Shown here: positions 49,766 to 62,972 of the stretch, one piece after another
Position numbering within the stretch: position 1 is the first letter of the stretch
Layout of the letters: the number at the start of each line of letters is the position of its first letter
Assembly (NCBI RefSeq): GCF_023055435.1
Contig: NW_025964358.1
Span: forward strand, 1,550,001-1,614,000
DNA: 64,000 bases
Direction of reading: 5' to 3'
DNA from: Haliotis rufescens
Taxonomy: Eukaryota
Translations under genes and position numbers: made by a program
Notes under the pieces: model-generated
What the model was told of the DNA's origin: nothing
What the model saw: only the letters and a program-made list of their open reading frames with translations
The model's database searches: none

Positions 49766-52700
49766 ATTGTCAATCAGTTACCCCACAGCTGGTCTGTTAT
49801 TCCCGCTGTTTGTTTACGAAAGACCGCGAGCAGGATGTACCGCTTGGAGGAAAGTCCGAAGGTTGAGCTGGAAACTCCTCTCACCTCATGTATGTCTGAG
49901 CTGGAAACTGCTCTCACCTCACGTATGTCTGAGCTGGAAACTGCGCTCACCTTATGCATGCCTGATCTGGAAACTGCGCTCACCTCGGTTATGTCTGATC
50001 TGGAAACTGCGCTCACCTCAAGTATGCCTGATCTGGAAACTGCGCTCACCTCGTGTAGCTGATCTGGAAACTCCGCTCACCTCAAGTATATCTGATCTGG
50101 AAACTGCATTCACCTTATGTATGTCTGATCTGGAAACTCCGCTCACTTCGTGTATGTCTGATCTGGAAACTCCGCTCACCTCAAGTATGTCAGATCTGGA
50201 AACTCCGTTCATCACATGTATGTCTGATCTGGGAATTCCGCTCACCTCATGTATGTCTTAGCTGGAAACTGCGCTCACCTTATGCATGCCTGATCTGGAA
50301 ACTGCGCTCACCTCATGTATGTCTGAGCTGGAAACTCCTCTCACCTCATGTATGTCTGATCTGGAAACTGCGCTCACCTCGTGTAGCTGATCTGGAAACT
50401 CCGCTCACCTCAAGTATGTCAGATCTGGAAACTCCGTTCATCACATGTATGTCTGATCTGGAAATTCCGCTCACCTCATGTATGTCTTAGCTGGAAACTC
50501 CGCTCACCTCATGTATGTCTTATCTGGAAACTGCATTCACCTCATGTATGTCTTATCTGGAAACTCCGCTCACTTCGTGTATGTCTGATCTGGAAACTGC
50601 GCTCACCTCAAGTATGTCTTATCTGGAACTCCGCTCACCTCATGTATATCTGATCTGGAAACTGCATTCACCTCATGTATGTCTTATCTGGAAACTCCGC
50701 TCACTTCGTGTATGTCTGATCTGGAAACTCCGCTCACCTCAAGTATGTCTGATCTGGAAACTCCGCTCACCTCATGCATGTCTGAGCTGAAAACTGCGCT
50801 CACCTCGGGTATGTCTGAGCAGGAAACTGCGCTCACCTCATATATGTCTGAACTGGAAACTCCGCTCACCTCATGTATATCTGACATGGAAACTGCGCTC
50901 ATCTCGTGCATGTCTGAGCTGGAAACTCCGCTCACTTCATGTATGTCTGATCTGGAAACTGCGCTCACCTCAAGTATGTCTTATCTGGAACTCCGCTCAC
51001 CTCATGTATATCTGATCTGGAAACTGCATTCACCTCATGTATGTCTTATCTGGAAACTCCGCTCACTTCGTGTATGTCTGATCTGGAAACTGCGCTCACC
51101 TCATGCATGTCTGAGCTGAAAACTGCGCTCACCTCGGGTATGTCTGAGCAGGAAACTGCGCTCACCTCATGTATGTCTGAACTGGAAACTCCGCTCACCT
51201 CATGTATGTCTGACATGGAAACTGCGCTCATCTCGTGCATGTCTGAGCTGGAAACTCCGCTCACCTCGGGTATGTCTGAGCTGGAAACTGCTCTCACCTC
51301 ATGTATGTCTGATCTGGAAACTGCTCTCACCTCATGTATGTCTGATCTGGAAACTGAGCTCACCTCAAGTATGTCCGATCTGGAAACTGCGCTCGCCTCG
51401 GGTATGTCTGAGCTGGAAACTCCGTTCATCACATGTATGTCTGATCTGGAAACTCCACTCACCTCATGCATGTCTTAGCTGGAAACTCCGCTCACCTCAT
51501 GTATGTCTGAGCTGGAACTCCGCTCACCTCAAGTATGTCTGATCTTGAAACTCCGCTCACCTCGTGTATGTCTGATCTGGAAACTCCGCTCACCTCATGT
51601 ATGTCTGATCTGGAAACTCCGCTCACCTCAAGTATGTCTGATCTTGAAACTCCGCTCACCTCATGTATGTCTGAGCTGGAAACTCCGCTCACCTCATGTA
51701 TGTCTGATCTGGAAACTCCGCTCACCTCATGCATGTCTGATCTGGAAACTCCGCTCACCTCATGCATGTCTGACCTGGAAACTCCGCTAACCTCAAGTAT
51801 GTCTGATCTGGAAACTCCGCTAACCTCATGTATGTCTGATCTGGAAACTGCGCTCACCTCGTGTATGTCTGATCTCGAAACTCCGCTCACCTCATGCATG
51901 TCTGACCTGGAAACTCCGCTAACCTCAAGTATGTCCGATCTGGAAACTCCGCTCATCTCATGCATGTCTGAGCTGGAAACTGCGCTCACCTCGGTTATGT
52001 CTGATCTGGAAACTGCGCTCACCTCAAGTATGCCTGATATGGAAACTCCGCTCAACTCATTTATGTCTGATCTGGAAACTCCGCTCACCTCATGCATGTC
52101 TGACCTTGAAACTCCGCTCACCTCATGCATGTCTGACCTGGAAACTCCGCTCACCTCAAGTATGTCTGACCTGGAAACTCCGCTTACCTCAAGTATGTCT
52201 GATCTGGAAACTCCGCTCATCTCATGCATGTCTGAGCTGGAAACTGCGCTCACCTCGGTTATGTCTGATCTGGAAACTGCGCTCACCTCAAGTATGCCTG
52301 ATCTGGAAACTCCGCTCACCTCATTTATGTCTGATCTGGAAACTCCGCTCACCTCATGCATGTCTGACCTGGAAACTCCGCTCACCTCATGCATGTCTGA
52401 CCTGGAAACTCCGCTAACCTCAAGTATGTCTGATCTGGAAACTCCGCTCATCTCGTGCATGTCTGAGCTGGAAACTGCGCTCACCTCGGATATGTCTCAG
52501 CTGGAAACTGCGCTCACCTCAAGTATGCCTGATCTGGAAACTCCGCTCAACTCATTTATGTCTGATCTGTAAACTACTCCCACCTCATGCATGTCTGACC
52601 TGGAAACTCCGCTAACCTCAAGTATGTCTGTTCTGGAAACTCCACTCACCTCATGCAAGTCTGAGCTGGAAACTGCGCTCACCTCGTGTATGTCTGATCT

Positions 52701-52828
52701 GGAAACTCCACTCACCTCAAGTATGTCTGAGCTAGAAACTGCGCTCACCTCATGCATGTCTGAGCAGGAATTCCGCTCACCTCGTGTATGTCTGATCTGG
52801 AAACTCCGCTCACCTCATGCATGTCTGA

Positions 52829-52998
52829 GTGAGTGAGTGAGTGAGTATGGTTTTACGCCGCTTTTAGCAATATTCAAGCAATATCACGGCGGGGGACACC
52901 AGAAATGGGCTTCACACATTGTACCCATGTCGGGAATCGAACCCTGGTCTTCGGCGTGACGAGTTAACGCTTTAACCACTAGGCTACCCGACCGCCCC
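52829..52998 (-). mobile_element. SINE family B copy inserted in the 33-bp satellite
   Basis: Perfect 13-bp TSD CATGCATGTCTGA (52816-52828 / 52999-53011). Confidence 0.9.
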
Positions 52999-54034
52999 CA
53001 TGCATGTCTGAACTGGAAACTCCGCTCACCTCATGTATGTCTGATCTGGAAACTCCGCTCACATCATGTATGTCTGAGCTGGAAACTCCGCTCACATCAT
53101 GTATGTCTGAGCTGGAAACTGCGCTCACATCATGTATGTCTGAGCTGGAAACTCCTCTCTCCTCATGTATTTCTGAGCTGAAAACTGCGCTCACCTCATG
53201 TATGTCTTATCTGGAAACTGCGCTCACCTCGTGTATGTCTGAGCAGGAAACTCCGCTCACCTCATGCATGTCTGAACTGGAAACTCCGCTCACCTCAAGT
53301 ATGTCTGAGCTGGAAACTCCGCTCACCTCATGCATGCCTGATCTGGATACTCCGCTCACCTCGGGTATGTCTGAGCTGAAAACTGCGCTCACCTCGGGTA
53401 TGTCTGATCTGGAAACTCCGCTCACCTCATGCATGTCTGACCTGGAAACTCCGCTAACCTCATGTATGTCTGATCTGGAAACTCCGCTCACCTCATGCAT
53501 GTCTGAGCTGAAAACTGCGCTCACCTCGGGTATGTCTGAGCAGGAAACTGCGCTCACCTCATGTATGTCTGAACTGGAAACTCCGCTCACCTCATGTATG
53601 TCTGACATGGAAACTGCGCTCATCTCGTGCATGTCTGAGCTGGAAACTCCGCTCACCTCGGGTATGTCTGAGCTGGAAACTGCCCTCACCTCATGTATGT
53701 CTGATCTGGAAACTGCTCTCACCTCGGGTATGTCTGAGCTGGAAACTGAGCTCACCTCAAGTATGTCCGATCTGGAAACTGCGCTCACCTCGGGTATGTC
53801 TGAGCTGGAAACTGAGCTCACCTCAAGTATGTCCGATCTGGAAACTGCGCTCACCTCATGCATGTCTGATCTGGAAACTGCGCTCACCTCGTGTATGTCT
53901 GACCTGGAAACTCCACTCACCTCAAGTATGTCTGATCTGGAAACACCGACCACCTCAAGTATGTCTTATCTGGAAACTGCGCTCACCTCGTGTATGTCTG
54001 AGCAGGAAACTCCGCTCACCTCATGCATGTCTGA

Positions 54035-54200
54035 GTGAGTGAGTGAGTATGGTTTTACGCCGCTTTTAGCAATATTCAAGCAATATCACGGCGGGGGACA
54101 CCAGAAATGGGCTTCACACATTGTACCCATGTCGGGAATCGAACCCTGGTCTTCGGCGTGACGAGTTAACGCTTTAACCACTAGGCTACCCGACCGCCCC
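54035..54200 (-). mobile_element. SINE family B copy, duplicate of 52829-52998
   Basis: Same TSD, same private substitutions (AACCCTGG, GAGTTAAC) and the same downstream satellite variants. Confidence 0.9.
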
Positions 54201-55604
54201 CATGCATGTCTGAACTGGAAACTCCGCTCACCTCATGTATGTCTGATCTGGAAACTCCGCTCACATCATGTATGTCTGAGCTGGAAACTCCGCTCACATC
54301 ATGTATGTCTGAGCTGGAAACTGCGCTCACATCATGTATGTCTGAGCTGGAAACTCCTCTCTCCTCATGTATTTCTGAGCTGAAAACTGCGCTCACCTCA
54401 TGTATGTCTTATCTGGAAACTCTTCTCACCTTATGTATGTCTGAGCTGGAAACTGCGCTCACCTCATGTATGTCTGAGCTGGAAACTGCGCTCACCTCAT
54501 GTATGTCTGAGCTGGAAACTGCGCTCACATCATGTATGTCTTATCTGGAAACTGCGCTCACCTCGTGTATGTCTGATCTGGAAACTCCTCTCACCTCAAG
54601 TATGTCTGAGCTGGAAACTCCGCTAACCTCATGTATGTCTGAGCAGGAATTCCGCTCACCTCATGTATGTCTGAGCAGGAATTCCGCTCACCTCGTATAT
54701 GTCTGAGCTGGAATTTCCGCTCACGGCTGTTCGTGTGATTTCAGAGCAGGTATTCCACTCATTATGTATTTTATTATTCCTTGTTTATATGTTGGATACT
54801 AATTGTTCCGGAACAGCCGATGTTGTCCTTCATTCCTCCAAAGAACTGATTCCCTCGAGACGGCACGGTCTCAACTTTTCGAACTGTTGATTTCAGTTAA
54901 TTTTGTTTATGTGCTGTAATAGTCATTTCCACAGAAGCCCCGTGTAACCAGAATCGTGTTCTCTGTAACCTGATTAGGCCTACCTTAGTTAGCATGCAGT
55001 TGGTTTTAGGATTTTTTTTATGTTTCTTCTTCTAAAAACCTTAAAATTAGATCATTCTATTTTGTAACCTTTTTGTAAAAGCAGTAGGTAAAGGGCGAGA
55101 GGTGAGTAAATTTTCGAATTCTCCGTTTATCATTTGGTCTTTGTGACATGGGAGACGAATGTTAAACACTTTATAGTCACACACTGTTTGGAGCGGCATA
55201 GAAGCTATTGCATTATGAATGGTTTTCTTTGCTGCTATATCTCAAGCTTTGAGCGAATATTAACTGGGTATTTAGCAAGTATTAATTTAGTCAGGCAGGA
55301 AAATCGTTTGTGATATAATTTTAATGTGTTTCTAAAATATATATTTTCCCGGAAGTTACTATTTTTACGACATTTCTCGTGTTTAGGGTCGGCTGGAACC
55401 AAACGATACCAAATATTTCACCCCTGTGTCTTTTCATCACGTATACCCATCTATTCAAAGAGTAATTACCTCTCTAATTATAGATGTAATTACATGACTT
55501 GTATATAGGTAATTCATGTGCACACCATATGTATATATACTGCATGTAAATGAACTCTCGGTGGCCTATGTTCCTGAATAAACTCCTCTCTTCTTCTCTT
55601 CTAT

Positions 55605-55863
55605 CGTCAGGCGTATTTGGCTGTGCAGAGTTGCGTCCCATGGGCACGCGGGAAACATATGACCGAGGGCGCGAATACCGGCTCGCCCCGATTATTTTGT
55701 CAGCAGGTTAGGTTTGTCAGCACCATACCAGTATACTTTGATTTCATCAAAGTGGTAAACGTATAAGACCTGCACGCCGTAATTTAACTGGAATATTGTT
55801 AAAAAATGGCGTTAATCCCAACCACGGACCTATACAAGTCCGTGACCCAACTCACTCACTCAC
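55605..55863 (+). mobile_element. SINE family D, degenerate copy
   Basis: CTGTGCAGAGTTGCGTCCCATGGGCACGC ... TTTGTCAGCACCATACC ... CTGGAATATTGTTAAAAAATGGCGTTAA ... ACTCACTCACTC. Confidence 0.7.
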
Positions 55864-56211
55864 TTGAACGAACGAACGTACGGCTATTATCACGAGGTTT
55901 CTACAGTAACCTGTAACCATGACTGACTGAGCGATACCAGGTCTCCGGGGTGGGGGGGTGGGGGTGATACCCTGCCATCCTCGTTGCGTCACAGCTGATA
56001 TACACTTCATGGTCTGATGGGGGTAGGGTGGGGTGGGGTGGGGTGGGGCTGACCAAGGCTGAATGTATACCTAAGATGCCAATGACGTAACAGCGGCCGG
56101 CTAATCTCTCCGGCATGGATGGCGGGGAATGAGAAATGGGTGGTGCTGGGGGCTGGGGGTTTGGGGGGTGGGGTTGGGGGGTGGGCTGTGTGTGTGTGTG
56201 TGTATGTGTGT

Positions 56212-56242
<31 letters not shown>

Positions 56243-56724
56243 GGGGGGGGTAGTGAAGGTGATTGTTGTACTGATTTATCCCCCTTCTCCCGCTGACGTA
56301 ATAGTGCAGGCATTTCTCGTGCCACCCATCTCCACTCGCCCGTGCTCTCTGATAAGGACGAAATACGTTCTCCAGATGAGAGTCTTAACCGGGATTTTCA
56401 GACTATTGTTGCGAGCGGACTGGTTCCTCTCTTACCATCATCTCACGTCAGTGGATAAAGGAGAGATATTCCGCTATTTTCACCACGATTCCCAAGTGCA
56501 TTATTGCGTAATCCAGGAGCCAATGTACGAAATTATTCACTCGTTCGCCAAAAGAAAACTATGAGGACATGGCTATCTGAATTAAGAATTGTACGGAGTA
56601 ATCGTCAGCCCAGTGGTACACAATGGCGTCCTGGTAATACCCCCAATATCAGCACTGCCCTCAGACCTTCTTCAGATTATACCACAGTCCGCACCCTCAT
56701 CTGTCAACGCTGACTCCTCCTCCG

Positions 56725-57800
56725 CCCGCCCACCAAGGATAACACTGCTTCCTCCCTACCTCCATCAACCTACCAAGGATAATACTGCTTCCTCCCTACC
56801 TCCATCCACCCACCAAGGATAACACTGCTTCCTTCCTACCTACATCCACCCACCAAGGATAACACTGCTTCCTTCCTATCCCCATCCACCCACACCAAGG
56901 ATAACACTGCTTCCTCCCTACCTCCATTCACCAACACCAAGGATAACAATCCTTCCTCCCTACCTACATCCACCCATCAAGGATAACACTGCTTCCTTCC
57001 TATCCCCATCCACCCACACCAAGGATAACACTGCTTCCTCCCTACCTCCATCCACCCACACCAAGGATAACAATCCTTCCTCCCTACCTACATCCACCCA
57101 TCAAGGATAACACTGCTTCCTCCCTACCTCCATCCAACCACCAAGGATAATACTGCTTCCACCCTACCTCTATCCACCCACCAAGGATAACACTGATTCC
57201 TCCCTACCTCAATCCACCCACCAAGGATAACACTCCTTCCTCCCTACCCTCCGCCCACCAAGGATAACACTGCTTCCTCCCAACCTACATCCACCCACAC
57301 CAAGGATAACACTGCTTCCTCCCTACCTCCATCCACCCATCAAGGATAACACTGCTTCCTCCCTACCTCCATCCACCCACCAAGGATAACACTCCTTCCT
57401 ACCAACCTACACCCACCCACCATGGATAACACTGCTTCCTCCCTACCTCCATCCAACCACCAAGGTTAATACTGCTTCCACCCTACCTCTATCCACCCAC
57501 CAAGGATAATACTGCCTCCTCCCTACCTCCGCCCACCAAGGATAACACTGCTTCCTCCCTACCTCTATCCACCCACCAAGGATAATACTGCTTCCTTCCT
57601 ACCTCCGCCCACCCACCAAGGATAACACTGCTTCCTCCCTACCTACATCCACCCACCAAGGATAACACTGCTTCCTCGCAACATACATCCACCCACACCA
57701 AGGATAACATTGTTTCCTCCAAACCTACATCCATCCACACCAATGATAACACTGCTTGCTCCCTAGCGTCCTCCACAACTACACCCACCAAGGACAACTC
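56725..57800. repeat. ~40-bp C-rich minisatellite (CCAAGGATAACACTGCTTCCTCCCTACCTCCATCCACCCA)
   Basis: Direct tandem repetition. Confidence 0.95.
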
Positions 57801-58379
57801 AATTTCCTCCCTAAGCCCACCTACGAAATTCACTCTGCTTCCCTCCCCCCCCCCCCCCCCCCCCCAATCTGAAGTAACCTCCCTCTTCAAAAACCCCCAC
57901 CCTCATTCCCTACCTCAGGTAACCTCGCAAAGCACCGTCCCTCCCCAACACACGAGAGCAGTAAAATCCCCTGCGCTTGGTGTCGGCGCCTCGGCCCCAG
58001 CCATTTCTCTTTAATGACGCTTTTTTCATGTCAGCTGTTTTCAAGACGACAAAAGCAGCATGCGTCCTCGTCAGCCCACAGACTGCCTGGTGGTGAAGGC
58101 CTGGTGCTGTGCCATGCACACTGGACAAGCACGCCACAAGTGTGGACGGATAGCGGGGACAGCCACGGTGATGCAGATAGCTAGCCTTGTAATGATCAGA
58201 TGAAAAAGTCTCCTATAGTTTTGTAGTTCCTCCAGATAACGGTAGCAAAGTTGGGTCTTCAATATAGAAAATCAATACTGCATAGTGTTATCCCTGCGTT
58301 CACCGAACGTGCACCAGTGTGAACAAAATTAACAGTATTTCCTATAGCGTCGAAGACCGGGTCTATCGACCAGAGTTTT

Positions 58380-59040
58380 TGGAACAGACCATGTCAGTGA
58401 TTGCGGGTCGCGGTTCGATCAGAGGATAGAAGGGGTGATTTGCCAGTAGCCATCGGTCGCTTATGCCAGTAGCAGGGAGGGTTGAGCGGAGGAACACACA
58501 CTGATCTGCACCGCATAATAAGACCCTGCCAGTACTCGCTACATCTACTCGTGAAACAGCTACAAGTGGTCGGCCGCCTCGGCTCTGCCACCGAAATGAG
58601 CCAATTGGCTTTGGGCATGCGTATTTCGTCTGAAAGCTTTTGATCAAGATGGCGCTGGGTTTCGGACAGCCGCGTCTTGTGAGCAGACGATGTTCAGCAG
58701 GGCCCAGGAGTTACCTGCAGTATGTGGAGGAAAACCAACTATAAAACGCCGTGACAAGTTGATCAAGTTGTGAGAATTATGCGGTGTGTGAAATATTCCG
58801 ACGTGGGTTGGAAGTGAGAGAGACGACACAAGCTGTAAGCGCCAGTTGGCACCGTGGAGGCGAGGTGACACATAGACACCGCCACCCCGCCAGTCCTCCT
58901 TGCTCAGTAGGCCATACCATTGGGCAACAATAGAAATTGGATGAGTATCTTTGAGCGAAGGGATTGCTCAATTAAAGATTGTTCATGTTTATTTCGAGAT
59001 TTTGTGCACTTGTTCCCCTACCGTGTACCTTCAATGAAAT
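58380..59040 (+). promoter_or_regulatory. Probable promoter/5' UTR of the NALF-like gene
   Basis: Unique, CpG-retaining sequence upstream of the ATG. Palindromic double CCAAT (AGCCAATTGGCT, 58599-58610) and a YY1-type CAAGATGGCG (58645-58654). The TSS cannot be placed from sequence. Confidence 0.35.
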
Positions 59041-59598
59041 ATGCCAGATCTTCTAGGGAATGGGAACAGTAAGCAGTTATATCGCAGTTTGCCCCCCCTC
59101 CCGCGGGGCTTCGGTGGACGCCTACAGTGCCTACGGGGTCGACGCACACGGTATTGGCCTAGTGTGCTAGTGTTTCTACTGGTGACCCTGGAGAGTATTG
59201 CGCGTGGGTCGGTCCTAGCCAACACTTGCTCCTATCTGGGGTACTATCTTGATAATGTGTCTGTTTCCTCAACGCTCTACCCGTGCCTTAGCCTCACGAC
59301 TGATGTAAACAGACAGATTTGTGACAAGCAAGTTAAGGCGAGGACGAAAATGATACGCCGGAGTAACATACGGCTAAAATTGTGTTCCTCGTATCCTATA
59401 TATTCCCTTATCAGCGCTTCCAATCGGGAGAACCCCTGCAAAATCGCCGGTTCTATGCCGGATTGTACCAATTGTTTGGACAGACTTCTAGCTATAGACC
59501 AGGAGGTTGAACAAAGTATAACAGGCTTTCAGGACATTTTAGAACGGATGGATTGTACGGACCGCTATTCTGTAAAATGGAATTGTACGCATTGTAAG
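59041..59598 (+). CDS. NALF1: First coding exon of a NALCN channel auxiliary factor (NALF1/FAM155/NLF-1/Mid1 family)
   Basis: N-terminal hydrophobic segment (YWPSVLVFLLVTL), then a Cys-rich domain: LKLCSSYPIYSL and CTNCLDRLLAIDQEVEQSITGFQDILERMDCTDRYSVKWNCTHCK. This matches the family pattern C..C.......D.........F...L......YSVK..C..CK as I recall it. Donor AAG|GTAGGA at 59598/59599. The symbol is family-level, not proven one-to-one orthology. Confidence 0.85.
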
Positions 59599-61469
59599 GT
59601 AGGATAATTTATATACATTTGACACCATTATCAAACTGTGACAAGGCGTTTTTTGTCAAGTTGTCGAAACAGGCGCGATGCCTCGTGGCGGTGAACCACC
59701 TGTTGATCCAGCATAGCAATTGTGTTTCATATATTCTTCCTGGTTTTATTATTCATTACATATTTTCTTTCCCACGACAGTTTTTCCAGGTAGGTGTCGC
59801 TTGAAGACACTGGGAACCGTGTGGGGAGTTTGCGACAGACTGGGAGCGATTGGCTCATATTGTGTGACCTTCACTGGCACAGTTAAAGGTCACAAACCAA
59901 GCTCTGATGGAAACTATACTTGTGCATGTTTCATTTCAGAGGCCATATATTACATACACTACGGCTAGGGGCTGCATTAGTCCCCACCTGTTGCTCTCAT
60001 CACGCCGAGCCATCTTGATTTTATGTTTGTATTTCTCAAATGTTTTTCTCAACACAGGAAGCAATCAACCCAGTGGAATGGTAATTCTCCGCTTAATCAT
60101 CACTCCAACTATTGACAATATTCAAATGTACTCCGCAGCTGGCGAGGTGTGACTAAACTGGTGGCATTCGTCAAAAACAACAAAAACCAGTTTAGTTAGA
60201 GTATTAGTAGCAGGGCAGCTGTATACATGTTGATATTTTAACACAAACAAATGTGTTATTGTGTGGAGACACGTCTGATACATTAACTTGTATTGGGCTT
60301 GGTGATATTGGAACCATCTTCCCGACTTGTGTATAACAGCGATATTGCTTGACAACCCGACGTTATGTGAATCACGTGCCCAGCCCATCCACACCGTTCT
60401 GAACGCCCGGACAATGGTCAGACTAAACAACCAATTTATCATAGACCTGGCGAAGGAAAGCGATCTATTTGAGCAGCGGAGGAACACATTACCTCGATGT
60501 AACACGGTCCTCTTGAAGCGGAACCGGTTCACACGCGTTCTAATTTATGCTGTCATCATATGAATGAAACATATGATTGAGAAATATACACTAGAGTTGT
60601 CATTGGGTGACGTCAGTTGGGGCATATTGAAATTGGTTAGCCGAGATAAATATCCATATGGAATCAGACTATTTGATGACTCCAAAAAAAGTGACACTGA
60701 AGATTAGATAGATAGACAGAATATGGATAGAAGTAGCCTTGCTCCAAGGCTGTACTGAATGAGAAATCCATGGGTGTATAGTAATTCTATGCTTATAATA
60801 GGCAAGTCTAGATAAATGTACATACCCCAGTGTTTTGTAGGGACAATTCGTTCTTATTATTTATTTCGTTTAGAAATTATGATTTAAATTAATATTTATT
60901 GCCTTAGAGAGTTGTACAAGTCTAGGTAGAGAGTACGATTGTATTATGACCTGATTGGTTAAGACTATCGCCAAACAAAATGCCAGTATATTTATATATA
61001 TAGACATGGGCATAATGTAGTACCAAATAATGGTAAGGGAAAGGGAGAATTGTTCTTGACATAAACGATTCTGGATGGGAGACCGTAGTTGCTGTCCCAG
61101 GAGTGAATGAGACGACGGTGACCTACCGGGATTTATGTCTGTGTAGGTGACGTCGACCCTGGAGGTGAGGGTGCTGTCGCCTGTCCAGATGTCTGCATGG
61201 CCCTCGTCTGCCAGACTCATCTGCGCATCGATTGTTTGTTTGGTATAATTGCGGGTAATCGAAGCCCCAACTGTGGCAGTTGGTTTATTTGGACTTATCT
61301 GTAATCTTATTCTGTTCCATTTAACGATCGGTCTTGACCCTTCTCCGGATTCATGAGAAGCATCCATTCGTCGCGTGACTACATTCCCACCCAGCAGTCG
61401 AACCCCCCACAAGACCCCCCAACCCCCACCCCCACCCCACCCACACACACACATACACATGCGCACAGC

Positions 61470-62355
61470 GACCTCATCCATACAAGTCGAACCCCCTTCG
61501 ATGTCCACCACACCAGTCGAACCCCCCTCGATGTCCACCACACCAGTCGAACCCCCCTCGATGTCCTCCACACCAGTCGAACCCCCCCTCGATGTCCTCC
61601 ACACCAGTCGAACCCCCCCTCGATGTCCTCCACACCAGTCGAACCCCCCTCGATGTCCTCCACACCAGTCGAACCCCCCTTCAATGTCCTCCACACCAGT
61701 CGAACCCCCCTCGATGTCCTCCACACCAGTCGAACCCCCTCGATGTCCTCCACACCAGTCGAACCCCCCTCGATGTCCTCCACACCAGTCGAACCCCCCT
61801 CGATGTCCTCCACACCAGTCGAACCCCCCTCGATGTCCTCCACACCAGTCGAACCCCCCTCGATGTCCTCCACACCAGTCGAACCCCCCTTCAATGTCCT
61901 CCACACCAGTCGAACCCCCCTCGATGTCCTCCACACCAGTCGAACCCCCCTTCAATGTCCTCCACACCAGTCGAACCCCCCTTCAATGTCCTCCACACCA
62001 GTCGAACCCCCCTCGATCTTCTCCACACCAGTCGAACCCCCCCTCGATCTTCTCCACACCAATTGAACACCCCTCGATCTTCTCCACACCAGTCGAAGTT
62101 CCTCGATCTGCACCACAGCAAGCGAACACCCTCGATCTCCTCCTCCCCCTCGATCTCCTCCTCCCCCCTCGATCTCCTACACACCAGTCGAACCCCCTCG
62201 ATCTTCTCCACATCTGTCGAACCCCCCTCGATCTTCTCCACACCAGTCGAACCCCCCTCGATCTCCTCCACATCAGTCGAACCCCCCTCGATCTTCTCCA
62301 CACAAGTCGAACCCCCTCGATCACCTCCACACCAGTCGAACCCCCCTCGATGTCC
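61470..62355. repeat. 30-bp C-rich minisatellite (CACACCAGTCGAACCCCCCTCGATGTCCTC), in the NALF-like intron
   Basis: Direct tandem repetition. Confidence 0.95.
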
Positions 62356-62735
62356 TTATGTAATAAGTTACCGTACCAACAATGTAACAAGGTACTGTTA
62401 TCGTAATGTTATATTGTATGTAACAATCACGTCACGTTGTATCAGGTTGTCGCTACACTGTAACAAGTTTCATCATTGCAGATAGTGTCACATTGTAACT
62501 AGGTATCGTTATGACAGTGTTACATTGCAACGAGGTGCCGTTATATTTATGTTACATTGTAATGAGTTTCCGTTAGTATGACAGTACAGCGTAACCATTT
62601 ATTGTCACAATAATGTTACAAGTCTTATAGACTGACATCTAGTCTCTAAAATGAACATATCGTACAGAAAAAAAACAGTTGTTAAATTATTGAAAAGGAG
62701 ACCAGAGACTTTCTTCAGATACTGTAGAAATCTAG

Positions 62736-62972
62736 ACTTGCCAAACATTATAGACTTGCATGGGCTGTATTTGATATACTTGTATCAGGGTCTACTTGCC
62801 AAACATTAATATTATAGACTTTCATGGGCTGTATTTGATATATTTGCATCAGGGCCTACTTGCCAAACATTATATACTTGCATGGGCTGTATTTGATATA
62901 TTTGTATCAGGGTCTACTTGCCAAACATTATAGACTTGCATGGGCTGTATTTGATATATTTGTATCAGGGTC
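62736..62972. repeat. 58-bp tandem repeat (~4 copies)
   Basis: ACTTGCCAAACATTATAGACTTGCATGGGCTGTATTTGATATA... at 62736, 62794 and onward. Confidence 0.9.

Larger units (their letters stand above)
49865..54725. repeat. 33-bp minisatellite (CTGGAAACTCCGCTCACCTCATGTATGTCTGAT), the longest array, with two SINE B copies
   Basis: Direct tandem repetition over ~4.8 kb. Confidence 0.95.

Noticed and set aside
49835-54706. (LETPLTSCMSD)n ORFs as a repeat protein
   Set aside because: A 33-bp satellite with frameshifts, stops and SINE insertions.
61470-62355. Tandem Pol III B boxes (GGTTCGACT on the - strand)
   Set aside because: The match is incomplete (ends TGG rather than TCC) and there is no A box.
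12500-62355. Apparent bias of satellite unit lengths to multiples of three
   Set aside because: At least as many arrays are not multiples of three (28, 32, 38, 40, 52, 55, 58, 88); the ORF track over-represents those that are.
60870-62485. Pro/Ser/Thr-rich ORFs as NALF exon 2 or a mucin
   Set aside because: A 30-bp satellite with frequent C-run frameshifts; lacks the expected Cys-rich continuation.
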